Part shown: positions 47,301-60,540 of the stretch, one piece after another | Layout: each line of letters begins with the position of its first letter | Numbering within the stretch: the first letter of the stretch is position 1 | Source of the DNA: Selaginella moellendorffii | Taxonomy: Eukaryota > Plantae > Lycopodiophyta | Direction: 5' to 3' | Length of the DNA stretch: 64,000 bases | Assembly: GCF_000143415.4 (NCBI RefSeq) | Contig: NW_003314390.1 | Span: forward strand, 148,973 to 212,972 | Made by a program: the position numbers and the translations under genes | Notes under the pieces: generated by a model | Seen by the model: the letters and a program-made list of their open reading frames with translations, nothing else | The model's database searches: none | What the model was told of the DNA's origin: nothing

Positions 47301-49692
47301 TTTGGAAGGAGGAGAACTTACCTCTGGACAATCCGCCCGGGCCTGTGTCGCCATCGCTTCCTCGCTCTTGCCAAAATCTAAAGAGCCCTAATTTGTCCTC
47401 AAGGAGTATTCGCGAATATGCTCAATTGTATTACATTAATAAGTTTAAAGTCCCCCAATTTTTAATTTCAAGTTTTCTTCAGTGCTACTTATGCACACTA
47501 GCATATCCCATAATATCTATTTTAGGGTTTGTTATAATGGATCGAGAGAGTTCACATTGAAGCAGGTTTGATGTCTAGAAACTATTTGGGATAGCCCAAA
47601 TCTCTCCAGCAACGAATCAAAGACTTTCTCTTCGGTTCGAGGGAAGGCCCGTCCCACAACAAGGAGTTCCTGCATAGCATCCAAAAGAATAGATCTCCGC
47701 ATTTTGCAGATGCCCACTTGAGGCAAATGCTAGAATTGTGAAGATGGCATGAGCATGTCAATGTCCTCTCAGTCTCAAAGATTCCCTGTTATCAAGGTCA
47801 AAATGGATTTCACCTCATAGATGACCATTCTCAGCACCATCGTACCAACATGTGTTTTGACTATTTGGTTCTTCCTGTACATAGGGCGGACGCACCATAA
47901 GCCGGCCATAACTGCACCAATGGCTGGCCACATTTGATCCATTACATATTTTAGTTTTCTTGGGATGAATTTGCAGCACAATACCCTGGTTGTTGAAAAG
48001 ATGCCTGAACCCCATTGCAACCACTCAATTTAGCAAAGTAATAGATGCCCCGGGATTGAAGTATTGAAAGAAAGTTCTATACAAGAATATGATGAACCTC
48101 AAGAAATTGAAAGAGGTCGTGGATTGAGATGGCAATTTGTGCTTCAATATGTTCTTGAGATGAATTTTTCTAGATAAGTATTTCTAATCTAATAAAATGT
48201 CTCCTTTTATAAGATTTCTTTGAAGTTTTTCAGCTTAGCTTGAGAGAGCTTGTTGTTTGACAGAGGACGTATCTTAAATAAAAGCCATAGGATACGATTA
48301 GGGTTTTTCATTTTTTAGGCTGATGAAGAGAGCAAAAGTCTCAAACAACTTTTCTGGCCTTTGGAGGTGAGCTCTGACAATAGCGAGAAAGATTATAAGA
48401 TTATAACCTAATCCAAACGAGAAATACTATACACAACTCATATGACACTGTGGATTGCCGTGAGGCTTGAGCATGCCAAAGAGCCTAAGCGTAGATGTGA
48501 ACATCTCTCTATGATAATTTCAAAAAGAGAAAACAAGCAACTCCTTTCCAGGTTCAATTCTAATGTACTTGCATACTTTGAATAACGAAACTTTATTTTT
48601 CTCGATTTTCAAACCTCTTGAAGCTTAGCACTCATTGAATGGGAGTCATAGAGCTCATGGAGACACAAGCCATCAGCGTGCACAAACTACTTCCTCTTGC
48701 AGAAAAGTGGATAAAAGAAACACAGGCTAAATATCTATCCATTGGTATTTGTTCTTGGCCTTGCACTTTTGCTGGACTTCTTCTTCAAATTCGGCTGTTC
48801 TTGGGACCAACCTTCAAGTAGCAATCTCCACACAACAACCAAATAGACCAGCTTGAATCTCCCGGCTCTCAAGTAGTTTATGTGGTTCAAGGCATATGCG
48901 GAACTTTGAGAAGCCGAAAGGAGATTTGAACAGATGCCCGTCTTGGTAAAGCCTGATTTTGGCATTTGCCTTGAGAGGGCATCTGTTCCTTTTATGGTCG
49001 TGAGCGATCCTGTTACAGCCATCTTTAAAGCAGCTACGAGAAAGACATTTGATGCACAGAGAGTGGTGATTGTAGCTATCCGCAAATCATACTATGGTCA
49101 GTACTTCCCTTTGAGCTCCTGCTGAGCTTCCGATCTCAAATCTTACAGATGCCCACTCCGGCATATGCTTCTGCACATAGGCTTCCTGGACAGCCGGGAG
49201 CGTCCACTTGAGCATCCTCGAGATGGCACGCAGCTCTTGCTCATACATCTGCTGTTGCTGGATAGTGGAGCATTGATATGGTATCCATCAGGTACGAGAG
49301 CTTTCCAACCAGAATCGTGGTTTCCTCGTTGAAGAACGGCTGATACAAGTGGGACGCGTTGAAGTTCTTCACATTGAGCTTTCCTTGAGTCTCTTTTGGA
49401 TCTTGTCCTGGAACACCTTGAGCAGCTTCAGCAAATGTAGACTTTCCCTTGATCATCGAGTCCTGGAAGTTCTCGCACTAAAGAAACGAGTGCCAAGGTG
49501 CCAAGTTCCAAGAGCATGGACTGATTCATAATCCGAGGAGAGGAATTCGTCATAAGGGTTGCTTTAGTTGAATCAAGCCCGCTTTTCATCGCAACTAGGG
49601 CTAGATCGGACGGCTTTTATTGATGGAAATAAATCAACGGCTAGATTCAAAAACAAAAAAACCAATTGGAATAGGGTTTAGGGTTCTTGGCT

Positions 49693-51489
49693 ATGGCGGT
49701 GGACGAGACGAGAGGATGGGCAGCGGCGGCGCGCAAGGATGCCGCACCCCCGCCGCCAATGCCGGCGTTTGTGCCGCGAGCGAAATCGAGCGATGGTGTC
49801 AACACGGTTGTAGTGGATGCGAATGCGCTCATCCGGGGGATTTCCATCTCGGGGCTCAAGTACGAGCTTTGCACCGTCAAGGAAGTCGTGAGTGAGGTCC
49901 GGGATCCACGATCGCGAGCGCAGCTCAGCGCGCTTCCAGTGGAATTGGCGATCTTGGAGCCCTCTCCGGAATCTCTAGCCAAAGGTACGCTCGATTGTTT
50001 TGTATTTGTCTTAGTTTTTTTGTTTTTCCTGTGATAGTGGCCGAGTTTGCTCGAGCAACCGGTGATATACAGGCTCTATCCGCGATCGATCTCAAGGTTT
50101 TGGCTTTGGCTCACACTCTCGAAGCCCAGGTCCATGGTGGCGATTCTCACCTTAGAAATCGGCCGCCACCGCTCGTTCGGCGCGTAGCGAAGAAGAATCA
50201 AGAGCCCGAGCCGCCTGGCTGGGGATCAAACGTTCCAAATCTCGACGAGTGGGAGGAAATTGCCGGGGAACACGAGGATGAAGGAGACAAGAATGAGTCT
50301 CACATCCTTGGGCTCAAGGATCTCAGCTTGGGCGACGCTCAATGTCCATGTCCCGTGACAGATCAAGGAGAGGAGGATATCAAGGAATGCATGGATTGTT
50401 GCAGTGACGGCGAAGTAGCTGCCACGGATTTAAGTCCGGAGGAGGCTCGACTTCGTAGCATGCAGGAAGAAGATGGTGTTTTCCAAGATCAAGGAAAGGA
50501 CGAATGCAACGATGGTAACAGCGACGATGAAATAAACGGCGAAGCCACCACGGATCTAAGCCAGGAGGAGGCTCGACTCCATACCATGCAACGACATGAA
50601 GCCAGTGAAAATGTCTCAGAGGATCAAGAAGAGCCCGAGGGAGAAGAAGCTCCGTCGGTGACGGATGGAACTGAAAGCGAGCAAAGCTGGTCGGTGCTTC
50701 GACCGCTCTCCATGTCGAGCATCGCCTGCATGACAACAGACTTCGCGATGCAAAATGTGATCTTGCAAATGGGACTGCGTTTACTCACTCCAAATGGGAT
50801 TCAAGTTCGCGAGCTCCAAAGGTGCGTGCTTAGTTTTTTCTTCTTCTTCTCTCTGATGGATTCTTAACTTATGACCGAGTATATCGTATCACAGGTGGGT
50901 TCTCAGGTGCCATGCGTGCAACACCGTGACTAGAGACGTGGGCCGCCTCTTCTGTCCCAAGTGTGGGAATGGAGGAACTTTATCTCGTGCTTCGGTGAGC
51001 GTGGGACCAAACGGCACGGTGATAGGAGCGTCCAAGCGCAGGATAAACATTCGTGGCACGAGAGTAAGCTGGCCGAAACTCTTGTTTTGGTCACTTGTCT
51101 AACGTAACGCTTGCTCTGGTGTCTTTGCAGTACTCGCTGCCTCTGCCGAAGGGCGGCAGGGAAGGCGCTGCTCAAAATCCCATTTTGAGAGAGGATCAGT
51201 TGCCTCACAGGATCCTCCATCCCAAGAAATCGTCAAAAGCACCAGATGATGTAAGTCTCTAGCCAGATCGATCTGGTTTTGTCTTTCTGATAGCGGTGAG
51301 TGAACTAAACATCCTTGCTGGCTTTTTCTACAGGATCTGGACTACATCTCTTCCTTTGACGACGTGCTCCGGCCCAGAGGCAAAGAATCCTACCAAAGCT
51401 CCGCAGCATCAATGAGAAATCTGGCCTCCCAGTTCTCCGGACGAAGGAATCCAAACGATTCGCACTACTCGAAGCAGCGACGTCGATGA
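49693..51489 (+). CDS. NOB1: 20S pre-rRNA D-site endonuclease NOB1
   Basis: PIN motif VVDANALI, FARATGD..LS.IDLKVLAL, TTDFAMQNVILQMGL, Zn ribbon CHAC..FCPKCGNGG, YSLPLPKGGR. Confidence 0.93.
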
Positions 51490-51781
51490 AAAGAGAAAGA
51501 AGAAGAAGAGATGAAAAAAAAAAAATTTCTCCTTTCTTTGTCGAGGTTTGGTCGTTTGTATCAGACCGTTAAGATTTCTGTTAACGCCAACGGTCTTGAC
51601 AGGTGGACGGTAGAGATCTCGCCGCGTGGGCGGCGGAGCTCGTTGGAAATGTGACTAGGCAGTGAAGGAAGGGAGCGTTCTTTTTAGGGTTCTTCCTTGG
51701 TGGCCACGCAATCCACGCGAGCGCGATGGCGGGCGACGCCATCTCGCTCTAGCATCCAGGGGGGTCCATCTTTTGGATCCA

Positions 51782-53468
51782 ATGTCGAGGAAGCAGCGGG
51801 ATCCAGAGTCGCGGCAGAAAGACAGTGGCAGCTACTGCTGGAATTGGAAGAAGTGCAGCGCAGTCGCCTCTCCAGCTCTCGCCATCGCATTCGCCTGCTC
51901 CCTCGTCTATCTCCTCGTCCTGATCTTCGCAAGAAAGCCCTCTTGCCTCGTACATTCTTCCCGTTCCTCTTCTTTCTCCTCCATCGCTTCTTCCACTTCC
52001 TCCTCTTTGCCCTCTGCCAAGACCAAGCCCACTACTTTCTCCTTCGTGGACGTGGAGACCAGGCCAATCGAGGACGACGACGACGACGATAGCAGCGATC
52101 CAGCGGGCAAAATGGCGAGCTTGGGAAACATCGTGTTTGGGATCGCCGCCACTGCCCGGCTATGGGATCGGCGTAAATCCTACGTCAAGCTCTGGTGGCG
52201 GCCCAACGAGATGCGCGGATTCGTGTGGTTGGACGAGGCGATCCAGAACTACTCGAGCGGCGCCCTCCCGCCTTCCAGGATCTCGGGCAGCACTGCGGGG
52301 TTTCGCTACACGCGCCGCGGCGGGCGGCGGGCAGCCATCCGGATATCGCGCATCGTGTCGGAGACATTCCGTGTCGGGTTGCCGGATGTCCACTGGTTCG
52401 TCATGGGCGATGATGACACGATCTTTGTCCCGGACAACCTGGTCAGGGTGCTGGCCAAGTATGATCATCGCAAGCTCTACTACATTGGCGCCAGCTCCGA
52501 GAGCCACCACCAGAATCTCATGTTCTCCTACGGCATGGCGTATGGCGGCGGGGGATTTGCTATAAGCTATGCTCTCGCCAGCGCTCTCGAGCAGCGCCAC
52601 GACGAGTGCCTGGAGCGGTATCCTTTTCTCTACGGCAGCGACGATCGCATCCACGCTTGTATGTCGGAGCTCGGCGTTCCCCTGACGAAGGAGCTCGGCT
52701 TCCACCAGGTAAAAATCCGATTTTTAGTTCAAGGATCTTGTTTTGATCTCCTCCTCTTGCAGCTGGATGTCCATGGCGATGTCTCGGGACTGCTCTCGGC
52801 TCATCCGATCGCTCCCTTCATAAGCATGCATCACCTGGACGTCATCCATCCCATTTTTCCAGGCGTGGGCCAGGCAGCGGCGCTTCGCCATCTCTCCAAG
52901 GCGGTCGACATCGACCCGGCCGGGATCTTCCAGCAGTCGATATGCTACGACCGCCAGCGCTCCTGGTCGATCTCGGTCTCGTTTGGCTACATGGTGAAAG
53001 TGATCCGAGGCGGCCTCAAAGCTCCCAGGGACTTGGAGACCCCGACCCGGACGTTCATGAGCTGGAACCGGAGATTCGACGAGGACGGCTATTCTTTTAC
53101 GAGCAGGCCTCCTCCAAAGTCGCCCTGTGACGTTCCCCTCGTCTTCCACATGAAGGAGGTGGCGTACGCGAGCCGAGATGGGATGAGCGTGAGTAACTAC
53201 ACTCGGACCAGGACGAAGAAGCAGGGCGGTGACTGCCCTTCCAAGTCGGCCGAGGAACTGCGGTGGATTCAAGTCCTCAAGGAGCGCACCAAGGATTCCT
53301 GGTTTGTGGTAATTGAAGTTTGTGCTCTCCCACTTTCTATCTCTTTCTCACGGAAAGCGTTTTCGTGTATAGGCTCCGAGAAGACAGTGTTGCCAGATCA
53401 TGAGTGTCGCCTCGCACAGCATGCGCCTACTGGTAAGAGACTGTAGAGACGGAGAACTCATCCTTTGA
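51782..53468 (+). CDS. DUF604 / fringe-like glycosyltransferase (intact copy)
   Basis: Type II TM, IVFGIA, WWRP, RISRIVSE, WFVMGDDDT, MAYGGGGFAISY, YGSDDRI, GFHQ|LD, SMHHLD, APRRQCC; two short introns. Confidence 0.92.
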
Positions 53469-53888
53469 CAAGTTCAAGATCTTTCGAAGCTCTGGCTGCT
53501 CTCACTGTTCGAGGATGTGACCACGTCGGCCGCTGCTCAACGACACCATAGATACGTTTCCTGTCTGGAAAGCCCAGCGATCGTGGTTCGTTGCGAGAAG
53601 CTCGAATCAGGGGAGGAAACGTAGCGAACCTCTCGCGAGAGCAGCCAGACGCTATTTCTTTTGGACGAGCCTCCATATCATTTCCCACATTCGCCTCCAC
53701 ACGAGGGTTAACTTCGGAGAAAAGACTGATAACTTTCGAATTCAAGGATCTTAACATCTAGACCTCACAAAATGGAAGTTTTTTATAATTAATTTATTTA
53801 CTTTTTATTAATATAATACTTCTTAATCATCTCAGAATATTCTGGGCATGATATTAAAAAATCAAATTAACTACTTACTAATGTAATC

Positions 53889-55303
53889 TTAGATTAAACT
53901 GATATACAGGAAACTCTTCTCTCGAGCACACGAGCGGCCCTGTCCAAATTCACACAGCTTCTCTATCGGCTTGACAAAGGCTGGATCCGGTCTCGCTGAC
54001 TCCACCGCCCGAGTAACTTGGAACATCACCATGAACGCGTGCTCGATCTGTCCAGCGCTGCAAAGCCCCTGGATCAAAACGCTGTCGGTCGAGTCCGGAA
54101 GGCTGCCCTCGGCGATCATCTCCTCGAGGACCCTCTCCGCCTCGTCCATCCTGCCGAGCTTGCAAAACCCCTCCACAAGGCTGTTGTAAGTCGCAGTGTT
54201 TGCTCGGCACCCCTCCTCCGCCATCACCGTGAGAAATCTGGAAGCTAGATCCATCTCACCGGTTTTGCAAAGTCCGCGACGTAGGCATTGCACACCAGGA
54301 GATTGGGAGTGTAGCCACATACCACCAGCTGCTCCAGGAACGCTCGAGCTTCCACCATTCTCCCCATCTCCGCAAACTTCTGGACCATGATGCTGTAAGT
54401 CACGAAGTTTGGCTTGCACTTGCTGCGCGCCAACGTTTCCAGGAGCTTGGCGGCGCTGTCCATCTGATCGGTGTTGCAGAACAGCTCCAGCAGCGCGTTG
54501 AAGGTGACGATGGTCGGGCAGAATCCCATCTCCGATGCCGAGCGCTTCCTCGGGCCGTGCCGCCTTGCAGAAAGCGTGGAGGATCAAGTTGAGCGTCAGA
54601 CTGTTGGGCTCGATGTTCCTGAGAAGCATTGTCTCCATCACCTTGTATGCCTCATCCTGCCTCCCGGATTTGCAGAGAAACTCCACCACCGGATTGAAAG
54701 TCACAGCCGTCAGACCGTCAGAGCAAAACCAGCGCTTTCCATCACTCCCATGAGCTCGAGAGCCTCCTCGAGCAGGCCAGCTTTGCCAAGGCCCGTGGCC
54801 ATCGCGTTGTAAGTCACCCGGTATGGAGCCACGCCTCGCTTGGCCATGGCCTGGAGCTCTTCACGGGCCTCCTGGATCCTCCCGGAGCTACACAGCACAT
54901 CGATGAGCGTGTTGTAGGAGACGCCGTTGGGATTGCAATCCGTCTCTTGGCCTCGTCCACAAGCCCAGCCTCAGAGAAACCTGAGGTTGTGGAGAACGAC
55001 CAAGCTCCCGGGGCTCGGAAGCCTCGATTCCAGAAGCTTGCAAATCTCTGTCACCGATTCTTCGTCCACTCCCGCGATGTCGACTGGAGGATCGAGCTCG
55101 TCAGGCTGCCTCTTCCTCCTGTATCGAGATTTCTTACCTGGCCCCTGGCATGAAAATATTTGCTCCGTGGCAGCAGTGGCACTGGCATTCTTCCGGAAGC
55201 TCACATTTTGCTGGACGGCCTGCGCGCTGCAAGAAATCGGAGCCAAAGATGTCGAGGATGAGCTCGCGATCGCCACCGGAATGGCGCCGGCTAGCAGCGC
55301 CAT
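53889..55303 (-). pseudogene. P-class PPR pseudogene with a transit-peptide-like N-terminus
   Basis: 35-aa repeats (TYNSLVEGFCKLGRMDEA) split across three frames by frameshifts and deletions. Confidence 0.8.
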
Positions 55304-55339
55304 GGCACATTCCTCCCTGGCTAGGGTTTTTGGGATCGC

Positions 55340-55828
55340 ATGGCGGCCTTTGTCTGTTCTTCCCCAATCCTGCTCTACAATCCTCCCACGATTCGTCCAC
55401 ACCAGCGATCCAGCATCGTCACGAGAACCCTACGAACCGATGGCGGCAGTAGCAGCAACGGATTCAGCGAGGATCCAGTGAGCGGCAATAATCCCATCTC
55501 CACTCGACTGGAAGCGAGAAGGATCGATCTGCTGGAGCGATTCCGGGATTTGCCGCTCAAAGTGTTCTTGCTGCTGCTGGGATTCTACTCGGCCAACGCC
55601 CTGGCGACGGTGCTGGGGCAAACAGGGGACTGGGACGTGCTGGTGGCCGCGATCATCGTGGCTGTGATCGAAGGCATTGGATTTCTCATGCATAGGATGC
55701 CGCCCGTGACGGAGAAGCTGCGATTCCTGGTGAGAATGCTCAATTACTGGAAAGCTGGCCTCTCCTTTGGCCTCTTCGTCAAGAAGAGAAAAAACAGAAC
55801 GAAACAGAGGAAGTTTTTTGGAAGCTAG
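55340..55828 (+). CDS. Ycf20-like (DUF565) protein with altered C-terminus
   Basis: LLLLGFYSANALATVLGQTGDWDVLVA..EGIG..LNYWKAGLSFGLFV; the usual DAFKLGS ending is replaced. Confidence 0.85.
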   Translation: MAAFVCSSPILLYNPPTIRPHQRSSIVTRTLRTDGGSSSNGFSEDPVSGNNPISTRLEARRIDLLERFRDLPLKVFLLLLGFYSANALATVLGQTGDWDVLVAAIIVAVIEGIGFLMHRMPPVTEKLRFLVRMLNYWKAGLSFGLFVKKRKNRTKQRKFFGS

Positions 55829-55929
55829 AACCCTAAAAACAGAGGGGTACTTCCTGGAATTCGAACCGGTGACCTTTGTGCTAGAGCTTATATTAATAGC
55901 AATAGTAACGTGATAGTATTTCGATTGCG

Positions 55930-57199
55930 ATGAAGAAGAAAGAGGTGATATTTTCTGGGATGATCGTTCTCGTTGTTCTAGCGTATGGAGTTCTTCTTTT
56001 GTACGCTGTGACCGTCCGTCTCACCCACTACGTGAATTTCAACTCAAGAGCACGATCGCATACGATCAAACAAGACGTTTGGAGCTACCAATCTCACGAA
56101 CATGTGTTTGGGATCAGCTCCAACGCCGCGATGTGGGATTCGCGCAAAGAACCCGTCAAGGCATGATGGAGGCCGGAGGATCGAATGAGAGGCTTCGTTT
56201 GGCTGGACGAAACAGTGAATTTTACTCTACCGGACCAGGACAAGTCAAAGTTTCCAGTGACACCTCCAAGTTTCGATACACGTACGGATCGAATGGAAGG
56301 CACCACATCCGAATAGCGAGGATTGTCTCGGAGATGTTTCGTCTAGGGCTGGAAGATGTTCGCTGGTTCGTCATGGGCGACGATGACACGGTGTTTGTCC
56401 CCGGAAACTTTGCCAAAGTTCTCGCAAAGTACGACCATGGTATCTCTCCAGGCAATCGTCCAAGACCTTGTCAAGCTCCTCGGCGAGCGCGTAGCCTATC
56501 GCAAATCCGGCGCCACCGTACGCCATGTTTGTCGAGAATCCATCCACATTTTGGAAGTAATGTAGTACGGCTGCCGGTGGATTGTATAGCGCGGACGCTC
56601 GGATCCACGCCTGTGTGGCGGAATTGGGCGTGCCGCTCACGGTGGAGCGTGGATTCCACCAGTTTGTCGTGCTGGACGACGCCTCTGGATTGCTCTCCTC
56701 GCACCCTTTGACGCCGCTCGTCTCGCTCCACCACATCGAGCTCCTGGATCCATTCTTCCCAAGGATGGGGAGGATCGAGAGCGTCAAGCATCTGATCGGG
56801 AGAGCGCAGGTGGATCCCATGGGCTTGCTCCAGCAATCCTTCTGCTACGATCCCGATCGGGACTGGACGATCAAAGTGTCTTGGGGATTCGTCGTCCAGA
56901 TCCACCAGGGAGATGTTCCAGAGAAGGATTTGGAGCTTCCAGTGAGAACAATCTCTGGGTACATTCTCTGGGTGGCAACCGTGATCGCGTGGGAATCGCC
57001 GTCACGACGAGAGAGAACCCGGTGGACCTCGGCCGGTCAACTTTTATTTGACCCGGTCAACGAGGCTGGAAGGCGGGGAGTCAAGCATGGAAGAGAGGAC
57101 ACGGTGGAAGTGTTTACGCTCGGAGAAGGATTCATCCGTAGTGAAAACTATACGCGTGGTGAAGGATGTAACTCTAACTTACTTTTTAATCCCGAGTAA
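55930..57199 (+). pseudogene. DUF604 paralogue 2, pseudogene with an internal inversion
   Basis: Premature TGA at the WWRP motif; WFVMGDDDT present; MAYGG segment lies on the opposite strand. Confidence 0.88.
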
Positions 57200-57699
57200 A
57201 GTTTAGTTTAGTTTAGGCACCTAGGCACAAGCACGGGGCAACAACGAGAGAATTGATATTTTAGGGTTTTGAGGAGGTTCTATCTTGATAGTGAAGTTTC
57301 GCGCGATTGATCGCTGGTAGGGAGGATAAGAGCACAATCTATAGGGATTTATAGGCGATGGATCGCGGTCTAGAGCCGCGATTGGTGTTCTTGGGGTTTT
57401 GGAGTGATTCGAAGCCGCATTTTGCCGATCGGCACGATATTTCGAGATGGATCGCGATACAGAATCTCCGTTTTTGTTGCTTTGTCCTGGAAAATAGGAA
57501 AGCTCGTTTTGGAAACTCCACAAGTAAGTTTCGAACTCTTGCGTAGAGTGTTTTTGCTTGTTTGCTTGCGAGAGAGTTTCTTTTCTTCTCATCTCCTAAA
57601 GTAGCGCGGCAAAGAGCCCTTTTAAAAGTAGCACATTTCTCTTCGGGCCTCTCTTCCTTGTAGAATGGTTTCCAACAAATCTTTGTCTTTCTGGGTAGA

Positions 57700-59055
57700 A
57701 TGTTTCGTGCATCATGGCTGCCAGGCATTTGTTCTTTGCAACGATAATTCTTCTTGGGAACTAACTTCTCTTCACAGAAGCTCTTCTACCGTGGCTATTT
57801 CTGCGATCGTCATCTTAGGAGCTGCAGCAGCAGCAGCAGCACGACCAAAGTGGAGAATATGATGTTTGGGATCGGAGCAGGGTCACAGACCTGGGATCGC
57901 AGGAAGAACTACGTGAGGCTTTGGTGGCGGCCGAATCAAACGTGGTCTCGCTGGACAGCGCTGTGCGAGACATGCACGATGGATCGCTACCTCCGCTCCA
58001 AGTCGTCGACAACAACGAGCTTTTGAGAAACTTCACCTTGACGGGCCAGCAGATGAAGGACCAGATTAGAGTCTCGAGGCTTCCTTCGGAGTTGTTCCGG
58101 CTCAAGTTTTTCGGGGTACGACGACACCTTCTTCGTCGTGGACAATCTCGCCCGAGTTCTCTCCAAGTACGATCACAGTTCTACTACATCGGTGCTTTTT
58201 CGGAGAGCCACTACCAGAGTGTAACAGGGTTCTCGACAAACATGGCTTTCGGGGGTGCTGGGATTGCACTGAGCTACTCACTTGTGAAAGCGCTCGAGAA
58301 AATGCAGGACGACTGCATTAGGAGGAACTATCACGTATGGGGTGTCGACGGCAAGCTACAAGCTTGCATGGCAGAACTTGGCGTGCCACTGACGTTGGAC
58401 AGAAGATTTCATCAGGTAAATGGCTGGCTGCTCGAGCTCCTTTTCAAACCTTTCGTGCTCTAGCAGATGGACATTCGTGGAGATGCTATCGGGTTGCTCG
58501 ACTCTCACCCGACTACTCCGTTGGTTTCATTGCACCACTTGGATACGGTCGATCCTATTTTTCCAGGAATGAATCGGATTCAAGCGTTGGCTCAGCTTTC
58601 GCTTGCCATTCGGGCTTGCCGTCTTACATCAGTCTTTTTGCTACAACGATGTCGACAACTGGACGCTGAAAGTGTATTGGGGATTCGTCGTGCAAGTCAA
58701 CCAGAGAGCTGGAGTATCCGTCCAGAACTTTTGTGGAGTGGTTTGGCTGTACTGCAGGTTCTTGCCTTAACTTGAAGACAAGAGAGATCGATCGCAGCGA
58801 TCCCTGCTTGAGCACCGTTTCATTCTTTATGCTCAACGTGAGCCAGGATGGTCTAGACAGCAACTATTTCAAGAGAACAGGCACAGGCAGCTGCGAAGAT
58901 AGAGATCCTTTGTCGCGCCTCGAGATAATTCGTGTAAGAAACCAGTACCGATTAAGTGCACTTTTCCCGTGTTTCTGTTTACTTATTTGTCTTTTACTTA
59001 GGCCTTAAGAAGACAATGCTGCAGTATTCGCAGCAAAATGAACATGAGTTAGAGA
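57700..59055 (+). pseudogene. DUF604 paralogue 3, pseudogene
   Basis: MMFGIG, LWWRP, MAFGGAG, SLHHLD and RRQCC motifs in shifting frames; DDDT region partly deleted. Confidence 0.85.
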
Positions 59056-59239
59056 TCAAGGATTGTTGAAACGTTTTTTATTCCCTAACATGCTACCTTT
59101 CATGGTCACTTGCTTACGAAATGTCACTCTGCTGTGCAGGTGACGTAGTGGTATGTGATTCACACTAATCAGTGTGATCATGTCGACAACGTGTGACTCT
59201 ACTCTTACGGTAACTTCGAGTGAGTCGTTTTGTGGCTCC

Positions 59240-60530
59240 ATGGATGTAACAAAGCTGTTCTCTTGTGCAGTTGGAATTACAGCTCTTGTAAGCTGCTACA
59301 CGATTATTACTCAGCATTCACAGTCACTTCTTCCAAGGAGTTTAGAGACTGGCAGCTTAGATGGCGTGACAAGTTTGGAAAACATCGTGTTTGGAATAGG
59401 AGCCAGCTCTCGTACTTGAGAACACAGGAAAAGATACATAAAGCTTTGGTGGAGAACAAACGAGCCGCGAGGTATTTTTTCACTTGACAGACGGGTACCT
59501 AACTCCTGTCAGAGTTTCCGACAACCCGAAGCTATCAGCAATGTTTAGAACCAGGGGGAAGCACATGAAGGATCACATTAGGATTACAAGGCTTCCGTCG
59601 GAGCTGTTCCGGTTGAACTTCTCTCGGGTGCATTGGTTCGTTCTCTCCGTCGACGCTTCTCTGAGAGTCATCACCAGAGTGTGCTGGGCTTCTCAACCAG
59701 CATGGCGTTCGGGGGAGCAGGAACTGCAATGAGTTACGCGCTGGTGGAAGCACTAGAGAAAATCCAGGACGATTGCATCAGAAGGAGCTATCATGTCTGG
59801 GGTGTCGATGGGAAGCTGCAAGCTTGCATGGCAGAGCTCGGTGTGCCATTGACAATTGAGAAAGGATTCCATCAGATAAGAGATCCGCCTCATTCCTAAT
59901 TATCAGTTCACTCATTTATCCTTTCTCCTAGACGGACTTGCACGGAGATGTTATAAGTTTCTTGGCTTCACATCCCCACTCTCCGCTGGTTAGTCTGCAT
60001 CACATGGACGGATTCAATCCAATATTTCCCGGGATGAGTCGAATGGAGGCGCTGGACCATCTCTCCACTGCAATCCAGTCGAATCCATCAGCTGTTCTTC
60101 AACAGTCGTTCTGCTACAACCAGGAGTTTCGCTGGAGCCTCAAAGTCGCGTGGGGTACGTTGTCCAAGTGAGCAGGGGCTTCATTTCTCCTAGAGACTTG
60201 GAGCAACTTTCGCTGACTGGCTGGGGTGCCGCTATCGTCCTTGCTTCAACTTTGGGACCAGGAATCCTTCTGGCGATCCTTGTGGACGTAGCATACGGTT
60301 TTTCATGGTTAACGGATACCTCAGAGGAAACAGTTCAAGCAAGTGTCCTCTAGCAAAGCTCGAGACGATACATATATGAACCTGAAACAGACACAGATCC
60401 GGGTAAGCCAGTGTGCCAACTTTGGTAACTGACTTTGTTTTGTGGCCATGCTCTTTGGGCTCCAAGGCAGCAATGTTGCAACATTCTAAATCCACACGAG
60501 CAGATAAAACATCATTTGGAAATAAAAGAT
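59240..60530 (+). pseudogene. DUF604 paralogue 4, pseudogene
   Basis: IVFGIG followed by a stop at 59417; DDDT-YYIG region deleted; MAFGGAG, GFHQ, SLHHMD and PRQQCC remain. Confidence 0.85.
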
Positions 60531-60540
60531 TGTTAGCTCG

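Noticed and set aside
50405-50595. Duplicated ATDLSxEEARL segment in NOB1
   Set aside because: Lies in the variable acidic linker; ordinary internal duplication.
55850-55890. tRNA gene (minus-strand GGTTCGAATTCC); also GGTTCGAGTCCC twice within 25-70
   Set aside because: B-box only; no cloverleaf or A-box.
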